Virus record (IMG/VR): IMGVR_UViG_3300033067_000199
Coordinates: 1 to 32,034 of that record
Length of the DNA stretch: 32,034 bases
From: a virus
Taxonomy: Duplodnaviria > Caudoviricetes
Direction: 5' to 3' (one strand)
The translations under genes and the position numbers were made by a program. A model generated the notes under the pieces. The model searched no databases and was not told the DNA's origin. It was given only the letters and a program-made list of their open reading frames with translations. This document shows, piece by piece, positions 26,072 to 32,034 of the stretch (positions are counted from its first letter, which is position 1; every line of letters starts with the position of its first letter).

Positions 26072-27297
26072 TGTCAATTCGTGAATGGTCCATCACTGCC
26101 TCCGGAAACAGTAACGTCGCCGGTATCAATTTCGCGGAGGGTCAAGCCGCAAACACCCTCAACAACTCCAACCGCGAAGCCATGGCGCAAATCCGCCAGC
26201 AGTACGCTCCCGACGAATGGGGCTGGGTGGGCCTGCCTGCATCCTATTCGCTGTCCATCACCAACCAGACCCGGCTGAAGTTCAACGGCGACCGGACGGC
26301 TGATTTCGAGCCTTACCGCAGGTTCCGGCTTTCGGGCGGTTCCACGGTCGTTGAGGGCTACATCACGTCCTCGTCCTACACGACGGAAACCACCGTTACC
26401 CTGACCAAGGATTCGGGGTCTATTTCCTCGTCGCACAGCATCATCGAATTGTCTGCGGTCTACGGAAAGGTGCTGCCCGGCAACATCCCGACCAATGACG
26501 GAGCCGAGACGTTCAACGGGACGCTCACGGTCAAGTCCTCGGATGCGGGCGCTGCGGCTGGTCCTACCCTCAAGCTGCACCGTGACTCGGCCTCCCCGGC
26601 GGATGACGACGTTCTGGGCGAAATCGACTTCGACGGCGAGGACAGCGCCGACAACCAGACGACCTATGCCCGCATCGTTGCCGCTGCTGTGGATGTGACA
26701 GACGGCACGGAAGATGGCCGCCTGACCTTCCGGACCATGATTGCTGGTTCCATCACCTCGATTATGTCTCTGGACCAAGGCGTCTATACCGCAGGCGCTA
26801 CGGGCGGCGACAAGGGCCAGAACACGGTCAATGCCAATGACTACTATGTGGGCGGCGTTGCCATGCCTCGGCTGGTCATCAAGTCGGCCAACGAGAACCT
26901 GTCCACCGACACGACACAGCAAGCCGATGACGAACTGCTGTTCGCCATGGCAGCGAACACGAAGTACCACGCCCGATGGGTTGTCCTTTATTCGACGCCT
27001 GCGGCTGCCGACTTCAAATTCAGCATCGACAGCACAGGGGCAACCGATCCCTCACCCGTTTCGGTGACGTGCAACTGGGTTGCGCCTGACGGGACGGTTG
27101 GCGGTGACTCGCAGTCGTCTCTCAACAACCAGGTTTCCATTACGTCCGCGTCTGGGACAGAGGGGCGCGTTGAGATTGTCGTTTACGCCGACAATGGCGC
27201 GGATGCAGGCAATCTTAGGCTCATGTGGTCTCAAGCATCGTCAAGCGGCACGACGACCGTCCGGAGAGGGTCACTGCTTGAATACCGGGTTGTGTGA
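26071..27297 (+). CDS. Tail fibre/spike protein
   Basis: N-terminal WSxTAxxN...INFAEGQ...NNSxRExMA virion-attachment motif; beta-rich body; GGAGG RBS. Confidence 0.78.
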   Translation: MSIREWSITASGNSNVAGINFAEGQAANTLNNSNREAMAQIRQQYAPDEWGWVGLPASYSLSITNQTRLKFNGDRTADFEPYRRFRLSGGSTVVEGYITSSSYTTETTVTLTKDSGSISSSHSIIELSAVYGKVLPGNIPTNDGAETFNGTLTVKSSDAGAAAGPTLKLHRDSASPADDDVLGEIDFDGEDSADNQTTYARIVAAAVDVTDGTEDGRLTFRTMIAGSITSIMSLDQGVYTAGATGGDKGQNTVNANDYYVGGVAMPRLVIKSANENLSTDTTQQADDELLFAMAANTKYHARWVVLYSTPAAADFKFSIDSTGATDPSPVSVTCNWVAPDGTVGGDSQSSLNNQVSITSASGTEGRVEIVVYADNGADAGNLRLMWSQASSSGTTTVRRGSLLEYRVV

Positions 27298-27515
27298 TGC
27301 TCATGACCAGCGATTCAGAGCGTATCGCAGTTCTTGAGGCGAACCAGAGACACATGGAACGCAAACTGGACGATATGTCCGTGAAGGTCACGGAGATGCA
27401 CGAAATCCTGCTCCAGGCCAAGGGTGCCAAGTTTTTCATTATTGGCATTGCCGCTGTTGCAGGGGCCTTAACGGCCTGGCTGACCTCGCTCACTGGCTAC
27501 TTCAGCTTCAAGTAA
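27297..27515 (+). CDS. Coiled coil plus C-terminal TM protein (holin-associated / XhlA-like architecture)
   Basis: ERIAVLEANQ...KLDDM coiled coil followed by AKGAKFFIIGIAAVAGALTAWL; TGATG coupling. Confidence 0.65.
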   Translation: MLMTSDSERIAVLEANQRHMERKLDDMSVKVTEMHEILLQAKGAKFFIIGIAAVAGALTAWLTSLTGYFSFK

Positions 27516-27541
27516 TTCCCACCCGCACAAAGGAGATTCCC

Positions 27542-28300
27542 ATGCGGTCATTTCTGACTCTGCTGTTCGCTGCGTTTTTTTTCATGTCGGTCGAAAGCAG
27601 AGCGGACTGGCCCAGCGAGGACATGGATGAGCAGATCGAGTCCACAAACATCATCCTCGGCATGGACGCCCAGCCGTTCTGCTCCGGAACCATCATCAGC
27701 CAGAAGGCCCGGCTGATCCTCACCGCTGCTCACTGCGTCTCCGAAGCCTACAGCACCAAGACCATCACGGAAGTTGACCCGAACACCGGGGAAATCCGCG
27801 AAAAGCGCGTCGAGACGAAGCGGTACATGGACGTCTGGCAAAACGTCTATCAGGACTATGAGGTCGTTTCCTCCACGCACTACGCCGCCAAGCCGATTGC
27901 CCGTGATGCCACGCTGGATATTGCCATCATCCAGGTCATCGACAGCAAGTGGCAGCCGGGCATCGCCGCACCCTTCGCGCCCAAGGAATGGAAGATCAAG
28001 CGCGGCCAGACGATCTATGTCGTCGGCAACCCGGCGGGCATCCTCGACGGCTCCGTGTCCAAGGGCATCGTGTCCCAGACGCAGCGCAAGCTCCAGGTGT
28101 CGGTGTCAGACCCGACCCCGTACTTCCAGGTGGATGCAGCCATCATCGGCGGCAACTCCGGTGGAGCGGTCTACAACGAGAACGGCGAAATCATCGGCGT
28201 GGTGTCGGCTGCCATGCGGTCGTCCACCATAGGCTTTGCGGTGCCCGTGCAGTTCGTCCGGGACATTCTGGTGAGGGCGGGCTTCAAGGAGTTCGAGTGA
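27542..28300 (+). CDS. Exported trypsin-like (S1) serine protease without PDZ domain
   Basis: Signal peptide MRSFLTLLFAAFFFMSVESRA; catalytic triad motifs LTAAHC, LDIAII, GGNSGG; AAGGAG RBS. Confidence 0.9.
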   Translation: MRSFLTLLFAAFFFMSVESRADWPSEDMDEQIESTNIILGMDAQPFCSGTIISQKARLILTAAHCVSEAYSTKTITEVDPNTGEIREKRVETKRYMDVWQNVYQDYEVVSSTHYAAKPIARDATLDIAIIQVIDSKWQPGIAAPFAPKEWKIKRGQTIYVVGNPAGILDGSVSKGIVSQTQRKLQVSVSDPTPYFQVDAAIIGGNSGGAVYNENGEIIGVVSAAMRSSTIGFAVPVQFVRDILVRAGFKEFE

Positions 28301-28710
28301 TGGACCTCACTGCGACCTCCGAAAAGCGCCTGAAAGACGTCCACCCCGACCTCGTTCGCGTCGTCAAGCGCACCGCCGAGGACTGGCCCGACCCCGAGTC
28401 CTTCTGGATCATCACTTGCGGCGTTCGCACCGTGGCGGAACAGAAGCTGCTCGTCGCCAAGGGCGCGTCCAAGACCGTGCGGTCCCGGCACATACCGGCA
28501 GCCAATGGCTTCTCCCATGCCGTTGACTTCGCCTGCACCATTAGAGGCATCCCCCGGTGGGATTGGCCTTTGTACTCCCGACTTGCAAAGGCCGTGAAGG
28601 CTGCTGCGAAAGCGGAGAACGTCCCGATTGAGTGGGGCGGTGATTGGGTCACGTTCAAGGACGGGCCACACTTTCAACTGCCGTGGGCGAAATACCCCGG
28701 CTCCAAGTAA
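28300..28710 (+). CDS. Endolysin, M15-family (L-Ala-D-Glu peptidase-like)
   Basis: RLKDVHPDL, GVRTVAEQ, SRH...HAVD, IEWGGDW..FKDGPHFQL; TGATG coupling (start at 28300). Confidence 0.92.
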   Translation: MDLTATSEKRLKDVHPDLVRVVKRTAEDWPDPESFWIITCGVRTVAEQKLLVAKGASKTVRSRHIPAANGFSHAVDFACTIRGIPRWDWPLYSRLAKAVKAAAKAENVPIEWGGDWVTFKDGPHFQLPWAKYPGSK

Positions 28711-28720
28711 CAGGTGAACT

Positions 28721-28975
28721 GTGAATACAAACTTCCTCCAGACCCTGCTCACGGTCGTCACTGGCGTCCTGAGCTTTGCGACCTACCTTCTTGTGTCGTT
28801 TGGCTGCGTCCAGGACGTCGTCAGCGGCAAACTCGACTGTTCGACTGCTGCCGGTGCTCCCGCGTTCATTGCCCCCTATCTTGGCATGGTGGCCGCTGGC
28901 ATCGTGGTTGTGAAGTTGGTCCTCGCCGCTTTCGAGGGCAAGCTTACCAAGCCGACCGTCGCTATCGATAAGTGA
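28721..28975 (+). CDS. Putative holin with two TM segments
   Basis: Two hydrophobic segments around a loop with two Cys; directly after the endolysin. Confidence 0.6.
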   Translation: MNTNFLQTLLTVVTGVLSFATYLLVSFGCVQDVVSGKLDCSTAAGAPAFIAPYLGMVAAGIVVVKLVLAAFEGKLTKPTVAIDK

Positions 28976-29208
28976 CGACATTCGAGCTGATCGCCTCGGC
29001 AATAGCCTTAACCGGGCTTTTTGCCGGGGCCTTTCTCATTGCCCAGCGCCCTGCGTTCTGGGTGGAGATGGCTATGACCGTGGCCGGGGCATTGAAACCC
29101 TACATCCTGAAGATGCTCGCCGCGTCTCCTGAGACGAACGAGCGGACGAAGAACGATTCCAGACAGGCTGTGGAACGGACAATTACAGGGCGGGAGAAGG
29201 AGCGTTAG
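28972..29208 (+). CDS. Membrane-anchored lysis-region protein
   Basis: N-terminal TM segment, charged C-terminus, GTGA coupling. Confidence 0.55.
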   Translation: MTTFELIASAIALTGLFAGAFLIAQRPAFWVEMAMTVAGALKPYILKMLAASPETNERTKNDSRQAVERTITGREKER

Positions 29209-29405
29209 GCGGGCGGTGTCCACCCTGCGTCTTGAAGGGCCTCAATAGCCCTCTTGGCCTTGTACCGCCAGTGATTATTCAGGTTGTCGGCGCTGCGTTC
29301 TTCCCAGGTGAAGTTCTTCCCGGACATCACTGGGTACGTGCCTTCTCTCCATCCGTCCCCGGAGGCAGCACAGATCGCTTTGGCGACAAGTTCAACATAA
29401 TCCAT
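29205..29405 (-). CDS. Antisense 66-aa hypothetical protein (MDYVELVAKAICAASG...)
   Basis: VAKAICxxxG...W...AxxAI pattern common in small phage proteins; convergent 4-nt overlap with the previous gene; promoter-like element before ATG 29405. Confidence 0.65.
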   Translation of the reverse strand: MDYVELVAKAICAASGDGWREGTYPVMSGKNFTWEERSADNLNNHWRYKAKRAIEALQDAGWTPPA

Positions 29406-29410
29406 GCCAT

Positions 29411-29438
29411 TACTTACCACATACTGACTCATAAGCAA
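29411..29438 (-). promoter_or_regulatory. Putative sigma70 promoter for a leaderless transcript of 29205-29405
   Basis: TTGCTT-N16 (ending TGTGG)-TAAGTA-5 nt-ATG. Confidence 0.45.
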
Positions 29439-29448
29439 AGGGAAATCC

Positions 29449-29682
29449 ATGCGTCGAATCAAGGTCGTTCGCAAGCGGAACCCCGGATGCTGGGGAATGG
29501 CCTATCCCGGAAAACGGATGATCGAAATCGACCCGGAATGCGCCGAAGACACCCTCATAGACATCGCCTGCCATGAAGTCCTGCACGTAGAGATACCAGA
29601 CCTGGACGAGTCCGCTGTGGACCGTGCTGCCCGCGCTATCGCTGACGTGCTGTGGCGTCTGGGGTTCAGGCAGGAGGAGTAG
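29449..29682 (+). CDS. Minimal zincin-like HExxH protein, 77 aa
   Basis: WGMAY...IEID...IACHEVLH...E motif arrangement. Confidence 0.7.
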   Translation: MRRIKVVRKRNPGCWGMAYPGKRMIEIDPECAEDTLIDIACHEVLHVEIPDLDESAVDRAARAIADVLWRLGFRQEE

Positions 29683-29685
29683 CCG

Positions 29686-29808
29686 CTAGTTCTTCGCCAA
29701 GTACTCCAGCGTCTTGCTGAACTCCCTCATGACGCGGGCGAGAACCGCCTCGTAATCAACCGGCTTCTCCGGCGGCTTTGTTGGCGCTAAGCTGTTTTCC
29801 ATTTTCAT
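29686..29808 (-). CDS. Antisense 40-aa peptide (MKMENSLAPTKPPEKPVDYEAVLARVMREFSKTLEYLAKN); not in the ORF track
   Basis: Fills the gap between two + strand genes; amphipathic helix; promoter-like element upstream. Confidence 0.6.
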   Translation of the reverse strand: MKMENSLAPTKPPEKPVDYEAVLARVMREFSKTLEYLAKN

Positions 29809-29814
29809 CCCCCT

Positions 29815-29843
29815 TCCTTACCACATTCCCCGCAACAAATCAA
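29815..29843 (-). promoter_or_regulatory. Putative sigma70 promoter for a leaderless transcript of 29686-29808
   Basis: TTGATT-N17 (ending TGTGG)-TAAGGA-6 nt-ATG. Confidence 0.5.
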
Positions 29844-29852
29844 AGGTGTCTG

Positions 29853-30896
29853 ATGGCTCAACGCCCCGTGAGCGATGCTGAAATGGCGCGCACTTACACG
29901 GCCTTCGTCAACAACGACAGGAACATCCAGCGGACAGCACAAAAGCTTGGACTATCATGGCATGCCGTCAAGAACCGCATCCAGCAGTATAACCCCGCCG
30001 AGGGGCAGGATATGGGCCTTGAGTTCCCCGACTTCCCGCCAGACAGCCTCCCCATCGAGAACGTCATCGACCGGCTCAAGGAGCAGTCGAAAATACGACG
30101 CACATCCTACGATGCCCACACGTGGTTCCCGGTCAAGGTGAAGGACCGCAAGCCCATTGGCATCAACTGGTTTGGTGACCCCCATGTGGACGACAATGGC
30201 TGCGACTGGACCCTGCTGCACCGCCATATCGAACTATGCAAGCAGCCCGGCATCTATGGCGTGAACATTGGCGACACGACAAACAACTGGGCGGGCCGCC
30301 TCATCAGCAAGTACGCCAGCCAGGACACTTCCGTTTCGACCGCCAGACGGCTTGCCGCGTGGTTCCTGCTGGACAGCGGCATCAAGTGGCTGGCCTTTCT
30401 CTTGGGCAACCATGACCAATGGGGCGACGGTGCTGCCATCCTGACCGAGATGGCGAAGCGCCACGGGACACAGAAGATCGTCCTCCACGACTGGGAGGCG
30501 CGCTTCAGCCTTGAGTTCCCGAACGGCTTCCGGTTCAACATCTGGGCGGCGCACGATTTCCCCGGCGACTCTCAATGGAACCCTTTGCACTCTGTTGTGA
30601 AAGCCGCTCGTTTCGGGCCGGATGTAGACCTTCTTGTTTCAGGGCACAAACACAATTGGGGGATTTCGCAATGGGAACTTGCGGATAAAGGCACAACTCC
30701 CACCATGATACGAACGCGCGGTTACAAGTTCAATGATGACTACGCGCGCCGGATAGGGAAGACAGACCAAACCGAAGGCTCGTCCATTTTCACGATCATT
30801 AATCCAAACGCTGAGAGCCAGGCTGGCCGGTGTATGGCCTTCGTAGACATAGAGGCGGGCGTGGATTACCTACAGTGGCTGCGGAGCAAGTCCTAG
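29853..30896 (+). CDS. Calcineurin-like metallophosphoesterase with N-terminal HTH
   Basis: GDPH, NIGD, LGNHD, AAHD, SGHKH motifs; IQRTAQKLGLSWHAVKNRI HTH; start at ATG 29853. Confidence 0.88.
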   Translation: MAQRPVSDAEMARTYTAFVNNDRNIQRTAQKLGLSWHAVKNRIQQYNPAEGQDMGLEFPDFPPDSLPIENVIDRLKEQSKIRRTSYDAHTWFPVKVKDRKPIGINWFGDPHVDDNGCDWTLLHRHIELCKQPGIYGVNIGDTTNNWAGRLISKYASQDTSVSTARRLAAWFLLDSGIKWLAFLLGNHDQWGDGAAILTEMAKRHGTQKIVLHDWEARFSLEFPNGFRFNIWAAHDFPGDSQWNPLHSVVKAARFGPDVDLLVSGHKHNWGISQWELADKGTTPTMIRTRGYKFNDDYARRIGKTDQTEGSSIFTIINPNAESQAGRCMAFVDIEAGVDYLQWLRSKS

Positions 30897-31412
30897 TCGG
30901 GCATTCGTTAAGGCGTACTCGCCAAAGTGCTTTACGGCAGCATCGTCGTAAGCACGAGCGGCGTCTGCTTCATTTTCAAACGTCCCGAGGTGGATGGTCT
31001 TGTAGTTCACCCGCAGGCTGGCGCACCAACCTTTCCGGTTCGGCTCCGTCCACACTCCCTTGAACTCGGATGTCTTCATCCCCTTCTTGGGGGACCGTCT
31101 GTTCTTGGTGTTCTGGCCTTGTGTGCATAGGCGCAGGTTGGGGCGGCGATTGTCAGTGGCATCACCGTTGATGTGGTCCACAACTACGCCATTTTCAGGC
31201 GATAGTATTTGGCGGTGCATGTAGAAGAACTTCGACCCGTCGTTTTCTCTCCGGACAGCAGAGACGCGTCCAATTGGGCTGACCAGTGCAGTCCAGTTCC
31301 AAGAGTCCACAAGGCCCACGTCGTCCTTACTCACCAGACACACATACCCCCGTGTCAGGGTGCCAAAGGCGTGATCCCCACAGTCGCAAGCAGTGAATGA
31401 GCGCTTCTTCAT
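30870..31412 (-). CDS. HNH-AP2 homing endonuclease
   Basis: MHRQIL...VDHINGDATDNRRPNLR; AP2 domain SEFKGV...HLGTF...AARAYDDAA...FGEYA. Confidence 0.93.
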   Translation of the reverse strand: MKKRSFTACDCGDHAFGTLTRGYVCLVSKDDVGLVDSWNWTALVSPIGRVSAVRRENDGSKFFYMHRQILSPENGVVVDHINGDATDNRRPNLRLCTQGQNTKNRRSPKKGMKTSEFKGVWTEPNRKGWCASLRVNYKTIHLGTFENEADAARAYDDAAVKHFGEYALTNARLGLAPQPL

Positions 31413-31418
31413 ATCAGT

Positions 31419-31447
31419 TATATAGTGCCAACATCAGCCTAGGACAA
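31419..31447 (-). promoter_or_regulatory. Putative sigma70 promoter for a leaderless transcript of the HNH-AP2 gene
   Basis: TTGTCC-N17-TATATA-6 nt-ATG; resembles the rhizobial CTTGAC-N17-CTATAT consensus; no SD sequence. Confidence 0.55.
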
Positions 31448-31450
31448 TAG

Positions 31451-31690
31451 ATGAACATCATCACAGAACGCGCCAAGACCCACGGCAACTATACGCTCCA
31501 GAGCCAGCTTGCCCAAGACCTCAAGCGCAGAATCCGCCAGGAAGGCGCTACACTCACTCCACAGCAGACAGAAGCTCTGGAGATGATCTGTGTGAAGATG
31601 GCGCGGATCGTCTGTGGTGACGCCAGCCACGCGGATTCATGGATCGACATCGCCGGGTATGCCCACCTTGGGGGCGGACTCAGCAAATGA
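31451..31690 (+). CDS. DUF6378-like small all-alpha protein
   Basis: ERAKTHG...LEMICVKMARI..GD..H.DSWIDIAGYA motif; AGGA RBS. Confidence 0.8.
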   Translation: MNIITERAKTHGNYTLQSQLAQDLKRRIRQEGATLTPQQTEALEMICVKMARIVCGDASHADSWIDIAGYAHLGGGLSK

Positions 31691-31876
31691 CGGTCGCGCC
31701 TCCCGTTCTTCTGTCATCCTCACAACCCCTTCCATCCATAGACAGAACTCGGAACCGTCTTTCCGCTGGCAGCATATGAACCAGCTTTTCTTGTCCATCC
31801 GTTCGATATGGACGCCACCCTCTGCGACGACTTCATCAATGGTTCCGTCAGGATAGAATGTCGTGCGCTCTTGCAT
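31637..31876 (-). CDS. Hypothetical protein, 79 aa
   Basis: DGTIDEVV...VHIERMD...WF pattern; follows the upstream - strand ORF by 4 nt. Confidence 0.6.
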   Translation of the reverse strand: MQERTTFYPDGTIDEVVAEGGVHIERMDKKSWFICCQRKDGSEFCLWMEGVVRMTEEREARPSFAESAPKVGIPGDVDP

Positions 31877-31880
31877 GTAT

Positions 31881-32033
31881 CTACTTGGGGGCGGGTTGAG
31901 CGGCGGATAGCATGGCGCGGTAGATCGGCGTCACGCGCAATGTGGACGGTAGCGATTGGTGAATATGCCCGCTATCAAAGCCTGCTATCCTCATCGCTTC
32001 GGTCGGCTCCCTCGGCACCACCACATACCCAGC
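31881..32033 (-). CDS. 3' end of a hypothetical phage protein (partial; start lies outside the window)
   Basis: Reads AGYVVVPREPTEAMRIAG...IYRAMLSAAQPAPK*, a common small phage protein motif. Confidence 0.7.
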   Translation of the reverse strand, partial: AGYVVVPREPTEAMRIAGFDSGHIHQSLPSTLRVTPIYRAMLSAAQPAPK

Positions 32034-32034
32034 C

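Noticed and set aside
5162-27297. Diversity-generating retroelement or invertase-based fibre switching
   Set aside because: No reverse transcriptase, recombinase or near-identical template/variable repeat pair was seen; the FN3 repeats differ at all base types.
28721-28975. Unimolecular spanin (VSFGC lipobox-like motif plus C-terminal TM)
   Set aside because: The lipobox is non-canonical, the N-terminus is not basic, and the loop of about 25 aa is too short to span the periplasm; a two-TM holin is more likely.
7852-29852. Upstream extensions given by the ORF track (starts at 7852, 16277, 16849, 17391, 22247, 27949, 29474, 29778)
   Set aside because: Downstream starts with stop/start coupling, an RBS or promoter spacing fit better, and the extensions overlap other genes.
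1-32034. tRNA/rRNA genes, integrase or att sites, introns or inteins in terL, portal or capsid
   Set aside because: No cloverleaf or T-loop motifs were seen in the short intergenic gaps, and the core ORFs are uninterrupted and of normal length.

Overview
The window is the late (virion morphogenesis and lysis) half of a tailed-phage or prophage genome with short-tail (podovirus-type) architecture. The host is probably an alphaproteobacterium; this is inferred from the high GC, the promoter style and the protein families. The + strand order is: DNA methyltransferase, terS, terL, P22-like portal, a ~6.7-kb fibre/adhesin/glycoside-hydrolase block, scaffold, a structured leader, N4-gp56-type major capsid, a decoration-like protein, a TPR-glycosyltransferase / HNH / SAM-methyltransferase / glycosyltransferase cassette, adaptor, a Gly-rich protein, nozzle, small fibre proteins, three ejection proteins, tail fibre, a lysis region (containing a secreted trypsin-like protease and an M15 endolysin) and a metallopeptidase/metallophosphoesterase/DUF6378-like cluster. 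Four observations stand out. (1) A putative virion protein-glycosylation system led by a FlmG/FlbA-like TPR-GT-B enzyme sits directly behind the capsid genes, and the structural proteins carry Ser/Thr-rich patches. (2) Four tandem compact H-type pseudoknots can be drawn in the capsid mRNA leader. (3) Four antisense single-gene inserts share a TTG-N16/17-TAnnnn-N5/6-ATG leaderless promoter layout. (4) A fibre/glycosidase block lies between portal and scaffold. All family calls come from motif recognition by eye, not from database searches. No tRNA, rRNA, CRISPR array or integrase was seen.
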